DNA from: Minisyncoccota bacterium
Lineage (GTDB): Bacteria > Patescibacteriota > Minisyncoccia > Phycocordibacterales > PALSA-1337
DNA length: 64,000 bases
Direction: 5' to 3'
NCBI GenBank assembly: GCA_041663145.1
Contig: JBAZRG010000001.1
Span: 156,942-220,941, forward strand
The notes beneath the pieces were generated by a model. It was not told where the DNA came from, made no database searches, and worked only from the letters and a program-made list of their open reading frames with translations. Within the stretch, counting starts at the first letter, position 1; every line of letters starts with the position of its first letter. Shown piece after piece: positions 1 through 10,288 of the stretch. Both the position numbers and the translations under genes were made by a program.

Positions 1-1
1 A

Positions 2-1045
2 AAAAAATATCAACCGACAGAAACAGGGGAATCACCATTGGCTGCTGTAACAAAATGGGTCAATACAAAATGTCCTGTCTGTAATGGTCCAGCCAAAAGA
101 GAAACTGATACTATGCCAAATTGGGCTGGTTCAAGCTGGTATTATTTGCGTTACACCGACAGTGAAAATAAGACGGCCTTTGCCGATAAAAAAAATCTAG
201 AGTATTGGACACCGGTTGACTGGTATAACGGTGGTATGGAACACACTACTTTGCATTTACTTTATTCGAGGTTTTGGCACAAATTCCTATATGATCTCGG
301 TCTAGTGCCAACTATCGAACCTTATACGAAGCGTACCTCGCACGGCCTCATCCTGGCCGAAGGTGGTGTCAAGATGTCCAAATCAAAAGGTAATGTAGTT
401 AACCCTGATGTTATCGTAAAATCAGTCGGAGCAGACACACTCCGCGTCTACGAAATGTTTATGGGTCCGTTTGATCAGGCTATTTCTTGGGATACCAGCA
501 ATATTGCCGGATCACGACGTTTTCTCGAACGAGTATGGAAACTAAAAAATCTCCTTCATCCCGATTCATCTAATAATTCAAAAGATGTTGAACGATCAAT
601 ACAAAAGACCATCAAAAAAGTAAGTGATGATATAGAAAATATGCGATTCAATACGGCGATAAGCGCGCTTATGATAGCCGTAAATGAAATGGAAAAAATC
701 GGCAAAATTTCAAAATCTCATTACGAAACATTGCTACAACTTTTGGCTCCGTTCGCTCCACATATAACAGAAGAACTTTGGTCTTCACTTGGAAATGAAA
801 AATCGATTCATCAGTCGCCTTGGCCAGCTTTTGACAGCAAAATGGCAGTTGCCGATACAGTCAAAATCATCATACAGATAAATGGAAAAATGCGCGGTTC
901 ATTCATGGCGGCTGCCGGGACGAGTAAAGAAACACTTCAAGATCTAGCTCAAAATAATGCCGAGGTAATAAAGTGGCTTAAAGATAAAATCATAGATAAA
1001 GTCATTGTGATACCGGATCGATTGGTGAGTATTGTGGTGAAGTAA
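2..1045 (+). CDS. leuS: leucyl-tRNA synthetase, C-terminal ~348 aa; 5' end lies outside the window
   Basis: The reading frame is open from base 2. The translation contains CPVCNGPAKRETDTM...SSWYYLRY and the class I KMSKS motif (KMSKSKGN), matching LeuRS. Confidence 0.85.
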   Translation, partial: KKYQPTETGESPLAAVTKWVNTKCPVCNGPAKRETDTMPNWAGSSWYYLRYTDSENKTAFADKKNLEYWTPVDWYNGGMEHTTLHLLYSRFWHKFLYDLGLVPTIEPYTKRTSHGLILAEGGVKMSKSKGNVVNPDVIVKSVGADTLRVYEMFMGPFDQAISWDTSNIAGSRRFLERVWKLKNLLHPDSSNNSKDVERSIQKTIKKVSDDIENMRFNTAISALMIAVNEMEKIGKISKSHYETLLQLLAPFAPHITEELWSSLGNEKSIHQSPWPAFDSKMAVADTVKIIIQINGKMRGSFMAAAGTSKETLQDLAQNNAEVIKWLKDKIIDKVIVIPDRLVSIVVK

Positions 1046-1204
1046 CCCCACTTTTCCACAGATTGACATTTATGTCATATTAGTGTTAATATCAATTCCA
1101 TTAGGGAATATAGCAAATATCGTAATTGCCCACAGAATTGACTTTACTTCAAGAGAATGATAAAACATATAAATAATTATTAAAAACTTTATCCAAAAAC
1201 ATCT

Positions 1205-2239
1205 ATGGCCACATCAACCATCACGTTCAAACCTAAGCAGATAACCAAGCGGCTCCTTTCATCTCTGCCAGACAGGGCACGCGAGGTTATTTCTTTTCGT
1301 TATGGTTTGGGTAAAGAATCAAAAAGAATGACTCTAGATGCTATCGGCAAGATATACGGCATCACTAGAGAGCGTGTACGACAGATCGAAAATTATGCAC
1401 TTGTAAACATTCGAAAATCTGAAGAATACAAACAAGAAAAGGCTGTTTTCGGCGAAATCGAAGCTCTCCTGCATTCATTGGGCGGCATAGTCGTCGAAGA
1501 TGACTTCTTGGGTCACATCTCAAAAGATAAAAGTTTGCAAAACCATATTTGTTTCCTGATGGTAGTCGGAGAGCCATTCCGAAAAAATAGAGAGGACGAT
1601 GAATTTCGACATCGCTGGCATGTCAATGAAGATTTGTCCAAGAAAGTCGAGGGGGCACTTCGAAAACTATATTCCAATCTCAACAATCAGGATCTTCTTC
1701 CTGAATCAGAAATTGTAAGTAAATTCCTAGAACATCTCGAGGATGTTTCTGAACGCTATAAAAACCAGGAAGTTATGAGGAGATGGCTTCAGATCTCAAA
1801 AATGATCGGCAAAAATCCGCTCGGCGATTGGGGTGTCTCACATTCTCCAAATGTCAAAACAAAAGGTATGCGTGATTATGCTTTTCTAGTCATCAGAAAA
1901 CATGGTTCGCCTATACATTTTCGAGAAGTCGCAAAACAAATCACAACCATGTTCAATAAGAAAGCGCATGTTGCCACGACTCACAATGAGCTCATAAAGG
2001 ATCCACGATTTGTACTAGTTGGACGCGGTCTTTATGCATTGGCAGAATGGGGTTACGCTCCAGGTGTTGTTCGAGATGTTATCCGATCAGTTTTGGAAAA
2101 AGGAGGACCACTTTCGAAAGAAGAGGTGATCGACAAGGTCATGAAGGAACGCTATGTCAAGGAAAACACCATAGTCGTCAATCTGCAAAACCCAAAATAC
2201 TTCAAAAGAGACAAAGACGGTAAATATACACCGAATTAG
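1205..2239 (+). CDS. DNA-binding protein with an N-terminal sigma-70 region-4-like HTH and a C-terminal HARE-HTH-like segment
   Basis: The N-terminus LPDRAREVISFRYGL...TLDAIGKIYGITRERVRQIE resembles a sigma-70 region 4 HTH. The C-terminus ...FVLVGRGLYALAEWGY resembles a HARE-HTH. Confidence 0.4.
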   Translation: MATSTITFKPKQITKRLLSSLPDRAREVISFRYGLGKESKRMTLDAIGKIYGITRERVRQIENYALVNIRKSEEYKQEKAVFGEIEALLHSLGGIVVEDDFLGHISKDKSLQNHICFLMVVGEPFRKNREDDEFRHRWHVNEDLSKKVEGALRKLYSNLNNQDLLPESEIVSKFLEHLEDVSERYKNQEVMRRWLQISKMIGKNPLGDWGVSHSPNVKTKGMRDYAFLVIRKHGSPIHFREVAKQITTMFNKKAHVATTHNELIKDPRFVLVGRGLYALAEWGYAPGVVRDVIRSVLEKGGPLSKEEVIDKVMKERYVKENTIVVNLQNPKYFKRDKDGKYTPN

Positions 2240-2276
2240 AGTACAAAGGTCCTATACCTTGTGATACAATATTGGC

Positions 2277-3563
2277 ATGTCATCGACATTCCAATCTCTT
2301 TTCGAGCAATTCAAGAGTTCAGTATTTCCAAATGTCGTAGATGTGATCATCACCGTATCGCCGGTTGTCTTGGTTGTGTTTCTGGCACTAACTTTTTGGG
2401 AATTGTGGATAGACTATATTCGGTCGGCAAACTTTTTCAGTATCAAATATACCGTTCTCGAGTTGACTTTACCGAAAGAAACATTCAAATCACCGGCGGC
2501 TATGGAAGTAGTCCTAAATTCACTGCACAACACGGCCGATGGAGGATGGTTCGCGCGGTTTTGGAAAGGAGAAACTCGTCCCTGGTATTCTCTCGAACTC
2601 ATATCCGTAGAAGGACGCGTAAAATTTTTCATATGGACGGAAGATCGACGCAAAAATGGCGTGCTTAGCGCTCTGTATTCCCAATATCCCGGAATAGAAA
2701 TAAAAGAAGCCCCGGATTATTCAAGATCTGTCGAGTACGATCCTAAAACACAAAAAGTCTTTGCCGCCGAATTTGAATTTACAAAAAAGGATAAAGACAA
2801 CGGTCAGGCATATCCGATCAAAACTTATGTTGATTATGGACTAGATAAAGATCCAAAAGAAGAATTCAAAGTCGATCCACTCTTGCCACTCATCGAATGG
2901 CTTGGGAGTGTAGGACCAAACCAGCAAGTTTGGTTCCAATTCGTCGTCCGAGCTCATAAGGGTGAAGCACGCAAACCCGGTCATTTATTCAAAACATACG
3001 ATCCATGGAAGGACATGGCTCAAAAAGAGATCGATCATATCTTACTTATTAAAGATAGAATAACTAAGGTCGCTGGCGAGGTCAATCCAGATACTGGATA
3101 TGCCAGGATTCCAACAATATCAAAGCCTGAACAAGATATCGTCGAGGCGATCGGTCGCAGTATCAGCAAATTGGCATTTGATGTCGGTATAAGAGCGATC
3201 TATATAGCTCAAAAGGAATTTTTTGATAAACCGTTTGGAATAGGAGGCATCATAGGTAATATGAAACAATTCAACGCCGAACACTTGAACGGTTTCAAAC
3301 CGAACGGGGACAAATGGCATTCTCGCCTTGATGAACCATGGAAAGATTACAAAAACTACCGTCAAAATCGTTTCTCCAAACTGGCAATCATGGCATACAG
3401 AAGGAGATCTTTCTTCTATACGCCATTTCCGAGTAAATATTTGACGCTGAATACCGAAGAATTGGCAACAATATATCATTTTCCAGGCCAAGTATCGCAG
3501 ACTCCGACACTGGATCGTGTACCATCAAAGAAAGCTCAAGCGCCAGCAAACCTGCCTGTTTAA
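2277..3563 (+). CDS. hypothetical membrane-anchored protein with an N-terminal TM helix and a large extracytoplasmic domain
   Basis: 428-aa ORF with an N-terminal hydrophobic helix (VVDVIITVSPVVLVVFLALTFW). It is tightly spaced after the upstream gene and no family was recognised. Confidence 0.45.
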   Translation: MSSTFQSLFEQFKSSVFPNVVDVIITVSPVVLVVFLALTFWELWIDYIRSANFFSIKYTVLELTLPKETFKSPAAMEVVLNSLHNTADGGWFARFWKGETRPWYSLELISVEGRVKFFIWTEDRRKNGVLSALYSQYPGIEIKEAPDYSRSVEYDPKTQKVFAAEFEFTKKDKDNGQAYPIKTYVDYGLDKDPKEEFKVDPLLPLIEWLGSVGPNQQVWFQFVVRAHKGEARKPGHLFKTYDPWKDMAQKEIDHILLIKDRITKVAGEVNPDTGYARIPTISKPEQDIVEAIGRSISKLAFDVGIRAIYIAQKEFFDKPFGIGGIIGNMKQFNAEHLNGFKPNGDKWHSRLDEPWKDYKNYRQNRFSKLAIMAYRRRSFFYTPFPSKYLTLNTEELATIYHFPGQVSQTPTLDRVPSKKAQAPANLPV

Positions 3564-3586
3564 TCATTTCCCGTCTTTCTCACTGT

Positions 3587-4558
3587 ATGAAAATCAAAAT
3601 ATTCAGTAAAAAAACTATCTTTCATCTTATATCAATCACGATTGCAGTATTGGCGATCGGCGTATTTGGAGTAACTCTATTTTCTATTCCACCTTCTGAT
3701 TTTCCTATATCCGAACAAATTCGGATCGAAAAAGGTACTTATATGTCTCAAACCGCTGATCTGCTCAAAGAACAAGGATTCATACGCTCAAAATTATTTT
3801 TTAAAATTTATGTCGTACTACTATCTGGCCATAAGCAGATACAAGCAGGGGACTATGTATTTGAAAAACCAGAATCCGTGCTGAGGATCGCATATCGAAC
3901 CATTCACGGGATTCAGGGTATACCAAAGGTAAGAATTACTTTATTCGAAGGAATGACAGCTGAAGAAATGGCAAATAGCATCGAAAAAAGCATACCGGAT
4001 TTTGATAAAGAGACATTCATCACTTTAGCAAAACCATACGAGGGTTATTTATTTCCAGATACTTATTTTTTGGATCGGAATGTTCAACCCCAAGATATCG
4101 TGACTTTGCTACGAGAAACTTTTACCAAAAAGATCAAAACTGTTCTGCTCGATATTCAAGCATCAGGCCGAACGATGTCAGACATCATAACCATGGCTTC
4201 GATCGTCGAACGTGAAGCCAGAAATAGTACTGATCGAAAATTGATCGCTGGAATACTCTGGAAGAGAATTGAAGCTGGCATGCCACTACAAGTGGATGTT
4301 CCATTTTATTACATCCTAAAAAAAGGTTCGGCACAGATTTCACTAGATGATCTAGCGATCGATTCGCCATACAATCTCTATAAACACACAGGACTCACTC
4401 CAACTCCGATATCAAATCCAGGTTTGACGACCATTATGGACACTGTGAATGCTACAAAGTCAGACTATTGGTTCTATTTGGCAGACAATAAAGGTGTGAC
4501 GCATTACGCGAAGGATCACGATGGTCATGTAGCAAATAAGAGGAAATATATTCCATAA
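3587..4558 (+). CDS. mltG: MltG/YceG-like endolytic murein transglycosylase
   Basis: N-terminal TM helix and a YceG-like pattern (...SPYNLYKHTGLTPTPISNPGLTTI...YWFYLA). Confidence 0.6.
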   Translation: MKIKIFSKKTIFHLISITIAVLAIGVFGVTLFSIPPSDFPISEQIRIEKGTYMSQTADLLKEQGFIRSKLFFKIYVVLLSGHKQIQAGDYVFEKPESVLRIAYRTIHGIQGIPKVRITLFEGMTAEEMANSIEKSIPDFDKETFITLAKPYEGYLFPDTYFLDRNVQPQDIVTLLRETFTKKIKTVLLDIQASGRTMSDIITMASIVEREARNSTDRKLIAGILWKRIEAGMPLQVDVPFYYILKKGSAQISLDDLAIDSPYNLYKHTGLTPTPISNPGLTTIMDTVNATKSDYWFYLADNKGVTHYAKDHDGHVANKRKYIP

Positions 4559-4576
4559 GATGCTATAACGGTAGTA

Positions 4577-5710
4577 ATGAAAAGTGTCAATAATAAAATC
4601 AAGGTATTTGTGGGCCTTTCAGGTGGTGTAGACAGCGCGGTTGGTTCCGCATTACTTTTGAAGCAGGGATACGACGTCACTGGCGTATTTATAAAAGTCT
4701 GGCAACCGGATTGGCTCGAATGTAACTGGAAAGAAGAAAGGCTTTCGGCTATGAGAGTTGCCGCTCATCTCGGCATACCGTTCGTAACTCTCGATCTAGA
4801 AGAGGTTTATAAGAAAGAAGTGGTGGACTATATGATATCTGAATATGATGCTGGCAGAACACCGAATCCGGACGTGATGTGCAATCGCCATGTGAAATTC
4901 GGAGCATTTTGGAATTGGGCAAAATCAAAAGGAGCGACTTATATCGCAACAGGACATTATGCTAGAAATATAGAAACTGTTACAACTGGCTCTGACGGTT
5001 TCAGTTTGAAAACTGGTATTGATGACAATAAAGATCAATCGTATTTTTTATGGACTCTGAATCAGAATGATCTGAAGCATGTACTTTTTCCTGTCGGAGA
5101 TATCAAGAAACCGGATGTGCGAAAATTGGCAAAGAAATTTCGCTTGCCAAATGCCGAAAAGAAAGACAGTCAGGGAGTTTGTTTTATTGGTAAAATAGAT
5201 TTCAAGAAATTTCTATCGCATTATATAAAAACCGAACCTGGAAATGTTCTCGATGAATCGGGAAAAGTGATCGGTACGCATAGTGGATCGACATTGCTCA
5301 CAATAGGAGAAAGACACGGTTTTACAATAGACAAAAAGACTCCAAACGATAAACCTTTCTACGTCATATCAAAAGACCGTCTGAATAATACGATTACGGT
5401 ATCGAACAGAGTACCCGACGAAATCCAGCACGGTTCTTTGACCATTGCTCGGATTTCGAACGTGAATTGGGTGGCAGATCAGATACCGAAGGACAAACTC
5501 TCCCCATCAAATTCATCGTCTTCATCTCCGTTCAATCTGAAAGCAAGATGCCGTTATCGCCAAGAGTTGGAGAATGTTCGAATCAAAGAGGCGAGTGGGA
5601 CCAAAGCGGTCATCGAATTTGAAAAGCCTCAAAACGCACTAACGCCCGGACAGTCTCTAGTCATCTATGACGGGGAAATGTGTTTGGGAGGAGGAATCAT
5701 TGAGGTGTAA
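4577..5710 (+). CDS. mnmA: tRNA-specific 2-thiouridylase MnmA
   Basis: PP-loop motif VFVGLSGGVDSAV and an MnmA-like domain order. Confidence 0.8.
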   Translation: MKSVNNKIKVFVGLSGGVDSAVGSALLLKQGYDVTGVFIKVWQPDWLECNWKEERLSAMRVAAHLGIPFVTLDLEEVYKKEVVDYMISEYDAGRTPNPDVMCNRHVKFGAFWNWAKSKGATYIATGHYARNIETVTTGSDGFSLKTGIDDNKDQSYFLWTLNQNDLKHVLFPVGDIKKPDVRKLAKKFRLPNAEKKDSQGVCFIGKIDFKKFLSHYIKTEPGNVLDESGKVIGTHSGSTLLTIGERHGFTIDKKTPNDKPFYVISKDRLNNTITVSNRVPDEIQHGSLTIARISNVNWVADQIPKDKLSPSNSSSSSPFNLKARCRYRQELENVRIKEASGTKAVIEFEKPQNALTPGQSLVIYDGEMCLGGGIIEV

Positions 5711-5725
5711 TCTCTTTATGCTACA

Positions 5726-6583
5726 ATGACAATCAATATGAATCATTTATTGAATGTCACAAAATCTGACGGATCCAAACAACTCTTTGAAGAAGAGAAA
5801 CTGGTTAGTTCACTGAAGAGAGTTGGGGCTAGTCCCGAAGCTATAGAGGAAGTTCTCGATGAGGTCGAGAAGGAAATGACTGATGGCATGAAGACATCGG
5901 ATCTTTACGGTAGAGCTTTCGCGCTTTTACGCAAACACTCCATACCATCAGCAGTCAAATATTCGATTCGCCGAGCAATGATGGAGCTCGGTCCTGATGG
6001 TTTCCCATTCGAAAAGTTTGTGGCCAGAATATTTACAATGTGGGGTTATCAAACACTCACCGATCAGACCGTGCTTGGCGGTTGTGTCGATCATGAGATG
6101 GACGTTGTGGCGTGGAAAGACAATGATCTGGCAATGGTTGAAGCCAAATACCATAACGAATTCGGCATGAAAACAGATGTTAAGGTCGCGCTATATGTCA
6201 AAGCCAGGTTCGATGATATAGCAACAACGACATTCAATTACGGCGATATGGAACGCAAATTGACCGAACGATGGCTCATAACCAACACAAAATTTACCGA
6301 TAAAGCCATCAAATACAGCGAATGCAATCATTTGAAGATCCTCGGCTGGAATTATCCAGATTCGAATAACCTACACGATATAATAGAACAAAATGGTTTA
6401 CATCCAATCAGTTGTTTGACCACTTTATCACGACAGCAAAAGATGGATCTCATAGGACGCAATATTCTGGTATGTATAGATATTGTCGGTAAACCAGATA
6501 TCTTGGATTCTATAGGAGTAAAGGGTGTGGAGGCGGAAAAGGTCTTAACCGAAGCTCAAATCATCATAGAACAAGCAAAATAA
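5726..6583 (+). CDS. ATP-cone domain protein fused to an Mrr-like (PD-(D/E)xK) restriction-endonuclease domain
   Basis: The N-terminal ~90 aa has ATP-cone features (KSDGSKQLFEEEKLVSSLKRVGAS...DLYGRAFALLRK). It is followed by GFPFEKFVARIF...DHEMDVVAW...VEAKY, an Mrr_cat-like D...E-x-K motif. Confidence 0.5.
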   Translation: MTINMNHLLNVTKSDGSKQLFEEEKLVSSLKRVGASPEAIEEVLDEVEKEMTDGMKTSDLYGRAFALLRKHSIPSAVKYSIRRAMMELGPDGFPFEKFVARIFTMWGYQTLTDQTVLGGCVDHEMDVVAWKDNDLAMVEAKYHNEFGMKTDVKVALYVKARFDDIATTTFNYGDMERKLTERWLITNTKFTDKAIKYSECNHLKILGWNYPDSNNLHDIIEQNGLHPISCLTTLSRQQKMDLIGRNILVCIDIVGKPDILDSIGVKGVEAEKVLTEAQIIIEQAK

Positions 6584-6615
6584 CATATATCAGATTCACA
6601 GTAATATCAAAATCC

Positions 6616-8394
6616 ATGAAAGCGACAAAAACAAAATCATCTACATGGAACTTGGGTCTTTTGTATACTTCGTCGATCGATCCTCAAATCGAAAAGGATA
6701 TGATCGAGCTCGAAGATCTGGCCAAAACATTCGCAAACACATACGATGTTGATGAAAAGAAATATCTCGAAGATGACAATGCTTTGCTAAGCGCGCTTCT
6801 CGACTTTGAAAAAATTATGGAAAAGGCCGACGCAAAGCCATTTTTATATTTTTATTTTCTCCGAGATATAGACTCGAAAAACGAATTGGCATCGGCGCAA
6901 ATCGCCATGTTTCAAAGCCGACTGGCCGTTTGTGAAAATAAAATAGCGTTTTTCAAAATATCACTGGGTACAATCCCCGGGAAAAAACAGAGGCAATTTC
7001 TCTCAAGCTCAACATTGATCAATTATCGGGTTTTTCTAGAAAGGGTCTTTGATGATGCTCAATACATGCTTTCATTGCCGGAAGAGAAAATCATGAATCT
7101 AAAATCCCAAGTCTCCTATGATATGTGGATCGGAGGCAATGAAAAGATCCTCAATCAGCAATCGGTCTTATGGAAAAACAAAAGAATCGCACTATCGCAA
7201 GCGATGTCCTTGGCCACTCAAATGCCGAAACGGGAAGACAGGATAGCTATGTCAAAAGCCGTAGCGACAGTACTCAAGTCTATAGCACCTTTTTCCGAAG
7301 CCGAAATCAATGCAATTGTGACGAATAAAAAAATCGATGACGAACTCCGAGGATTTGCCCAACCATTCGATAGTACAGTCCAAAAATATCGAAATGATCC
7401 GAATGTTGTCCGACAACTGACGGACACGGTCACAAAACGCTTTGATATTTCTCATAGATTTTATGAATTAAAATCGAGATTGATGAAACAAAAGGTCCTG
7501 GCTTATTCGGATCGAGTCGCGAAGATCGGTACAATCAAAACCAAATTTAATTTTGAAAATTCAGTTTCGATATTAAAAGATACGTTCGGTAAATTAAACG
7601 TAAAATTTGCCGATTATCTAGATTCTTATGTTTCATCTGGTCAGATAGACATATATCCACGCATAGGAAAGAAGAGTGGGGCATATTGCGCTGGAACTTA
7701 CAGTAATCCCACTTTCGTACTACTGAATCACATAGACGATCTGCACTCATTTACGACACTAGCACATGAGATGGGTCATGCTTTTCATGGTGAATTGTCT
7801 CGCGTTCAAGGTCCCTTGTATTCCGACTATTCAACATCTCTTGCTGAAACGGCAAGCACGCTATTCGAATCAATAGCCAGAGAGGATGCGTATAAACAAT
7901 TGAATGATAAGGAAAGACTGATAGCTTTGCATGATAAGATCAATGACGATATATGCACTATATTTCGTCAAATAGCTTGTTTCAATTTTGAAGAGGAGAT
8001 ACACAAAGATATTAGAAGTAATGGTTTTATTTCCGAAAAAGCTCTCGCTGAACTTCACAACAAACACATGTCGGCATATTTGGGACCTCGCTTCAAAATG
8101 ACTATCGATGATGGATATTTCTTCGTCAGTTGGAGTCATATACGCAGATTCTTCTATGTCTATTCTTATGCTTATGGGATGTTGGTCTCAAAAGCACTAC
8201 TTAGACGCTACAAAAACGATCCTTCATTCTGGTCAAAAATCGAGATATTCCTAAGCTCCGGCGGTAAGGCTTCTCCGGAACAAATTCTGAATGAAATCGG
8301 TATCGATGTGAGCAAATCCGGCTTCTTCGAAGAAGGTCTGAGTGAAATAGAAGATGATATAAAAGAACTTGAAAAATTGAGTAGCAAAATATGA
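6616..8394 (+). CDS. pepF: oligoendopeptidase F (M3B zinc metallopeptidase)
   Basis: HEXXH zinc motif in the context TLAHEMGHAFHGELS; ~590 aa. Confidence 0.75.
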   Translation: MKATKTKSSTWNLGLLYTSSIDPQIEKDMIELEDLAKTFANTYDVDEKKYLEDDNALLSALLDFEKIMEKADAKPFLYFYFLRDIDSKNELASAQIAMFQSRLAVCENKIAFFKISLGTIPGKKQRQFLSSSTLINYRVFLERVFDDAQYMLSLPEEKIMNLKSQVSYDMWIGGNEKILNQQSVLWKNKRIALSQAMSLATQMPKREDRIAMSKAVATVLKSIAPFSEAEINAIVTNKKIDDELRGFAQPFDSTVQKYRNDPNVVRQLTDTVTKRFDISHRFYELKSRLMKQKVLAYSDRVAKIGTIKTKFNFENSVSILKDTFGKLNVKFADYLDSYVSSGQIDIYPRIGKKSGAYCAGTYSNPTFVLLNHIDDLHSFTTLAHEMGHAFHGELSRVQGPLYSDYSTSLAETASTLFESIAREDAYKQLNDKERLIALHDKINDDICTIFRQIACFNFEEEIHKDIRSNGFISEKALAELHNKHMSAYLGPRFKMTIDDGYFFVSWSHIRRFFYVYSYAYGMLVSKALLRRYKNDPSFWSKIEIFLSSGGKASPEQILNEIGIDVSKSGFFEEGLSEIEDDIKELEKLSSKI

Positions 8395-8430
8395 TTGGAA
8401 ACAATAGATTATTTTTGATACTATGTAAAT

Positions 8431-10263
8431 ATGAAATCCCGAGAAATCCGTTCACGTTTTTTGTCTTTTTTTGAAAAAAGACAACACGAGATCGTACCAG
8501 CAGTCTCGCTCATCACTTCCGACGAGAGAGGTGTTACAAACCCGACTCTTTTCAATACGGCAGGCATGCAACCTCTCATTCCGTATCTGCTGGGAGAACC
8601 TCATCCCTTAGGAAAACGTCTGGTAAACTACCAAAGGTGTCTGCGAACCGTCGATATCGATGGTATCGGGGACGAGACTCATGCGACTTTTTTCGAAATG
8701 TTGGGCAATTGGTCTCTCGGAGATTATTTCAAGCGTGAATCTATAAACTGGAGCTATGAATTATTAACAAATAATGATGATAGAGGTGAAGGCGATAAGG
8801 GTTTTGGACTGAATCCAAATCGACTTTATATAACGGTGTTTGAAGGTGATTCCAATTCACCAAAAGACGAAGAGGCCGCGAACATTTGGCGAGAAATATT
8901 CATGAAAAACAATATTCCCGGCGAAAGAATTTTTTTTATGAATGCCGAATCGAACTGGTGGCAAGCTGGCGATAACAGTCCTTGCGGTCCCGATACCGAA
9001 ATATATTACGATACTCAGAATACTTTCAAAGGTCAGGGGATGACTAAGGAAGAATTCATCAAAGCCGATTCGGAAAGAAAAGTGATAGAGATCTGGAATA
9101 ATGTATTTATGCAGTATGAGAAAAAGGATGGCAAAATCATCGGGACATTACCAAATCCGTCTGTAGATACTGGGGCAGGTCTCGAACGTTTTGCTATGAT
9201 GATGCAAAACAAGGATAATATCTTTGAGACTGATCTATTTTTGCCTCTAATGATGACAATCAGCGCTTCGTCTAAAGATGGTTATGTAAAAGAAAAAAGA
9301 ATCATATCCGACCATATTCGTGCTTCAGCATTCCTAATTGCTGATGGTGTGATTCCGTCCAATACTAATAGGGGATACATATTGCGAAGATTACTCAGAA
9401 GAGCTATTCGTTATGCCGATATTATCGGACTTAAAATACCCCTGTCAGTCGTAAGTGATTCTATTGGGGAAATCTACGGGGATACTTATCCTTCAATCAT
9501 CGAAAAACGCCAATTGATCCATGATGAAATAGAAAAAGAAACTGAGCGCTTCAGAAAAACCCTCGACAGCGGTCTCAAAGAATTTAATAAGATCAATTCC
9601 AATGCCATAAGCGGAAATGATGCTTTCAAATTATTCACTTCTTACGGTTTACCTATCGATATGATTATTGATATGGCCAAGGAAAAAAACATGACTGTAG
9701 ATCTTCAGAGTTTCAATAATGAATACAAAAAACATCAGGAGTTGTCTCGTATTGGCGCCGAAAATAAATTTACAGGTGGTCTCGCTGATGCTAGCGATCA
9801 GAAAATCATCATGTATCACACAGCCACACATCTACTTCATCAAGCACTTCATGATGTTCTCGGTGATGCCATATCACAGAAGGGTTCAAATATTACAAAT
9901 GAACGTCTGAGGTTTGATTTTTCACACAATGCAAAAATGACCGATGAAGAAAAAATGAAAGTCGAGGATATCGTCAATGAAAAAATTGGCGAAAAATTGC
10001 CGGTAAACTGCATCACTTTAACCAAGGACGAAGCCGAAAAAACTGGAGCCAGACATTTCTTTGATCAGAAATATGGCGATCAAATATCCATATACTATAT
10101 TGGCAATGATATAGGATCAGCTTACTCTAAAGAATATTGTGGCGGACCGCATGTGACGAATACGGCAGAATTGGCTGGTCCAGATGGCATAATGCGATTC
10201 CATATCACCAAAGAAGAAGCTGTCTCTCAAGGTGTAAGAAGAATACGAGCAGTGATATCCTAA
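8431..10263 (+). CDS. alaS: alanyl-tRNA synthetase, short form (catalytic plus editing region, no long C-terminal extension)
   Basis: AlaRS N-terminal signature (FFEKRQHEIVPAVSLI...FTNAGM...) and an editing-domain motif (HTATHLLHQALHDVLG ... CGGPHV). 610 aa against ~870 aa in typical bacteria. Confidence 0.8.
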   Translation: MKSREIRSRFLSFFEKRQHEIVPAVSLITSDERGVTNPTLFNTAGMQPLIPYLLGEPHPLGKRLVNYQRCLRTVDIDGIGDETHATFFEMLGNWSLGDYFKRESINWSYELLTNNDDRGEGDKGFGLNPNRLYITVFEGDSNSPKDEEAANIWREIFMKNNIPGERIFFMNAESNWWQAGDNSPCGPDTEIYYDTQNTFKGQGMTKEEFIKADSERKVIEIWNNVFMQYEKKDGKIIGTLPNPSVDTGAGLERFAMMMQNKDNIFETDLFLPLMMTISASSKDGYVKEKRIISDHIRASAFLIADGVIPSNTNRGYILRRLLRRAIRYADIIGLKIPLSVVSDSIGEIYGDTYPSIIEKRQLIHDEIEKETERFRKTLDSGLKEFNKINSNAISGNDAFKLFTSYGLPIDMIIDMAKEKNMTVDLQSFNNEYKKHQELSRIGAENKFTGGLADASDQKIIMYHTATHLLHQALHDVLGDAISQKGSNITNERLRFDFSHNAKMTDEEKMKVEDIVNEKIGEKLPVNCITLTKDEAEKTGARHFFDQKYGDQISIYYIGNDIGSAYSKEYCGGPHVTNTAELAGPDGIMRFHITKEEAVSQGVRRIRAVIS

Positions 10264-10288
10264 TCAGTTCTATGTTAAAATAACGTCA

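Noticed and set aside
1365-1577. Numerous antisense or alternate-frame ORFs inside confident genes (e.g. 1365-1577, 2414-2653, 19930-20385, 20704-21144, 25714-26154, 27493-27951)
   Set aside because: Fully embedded in well-supported genes on the other strand or frame, so these are spurious.
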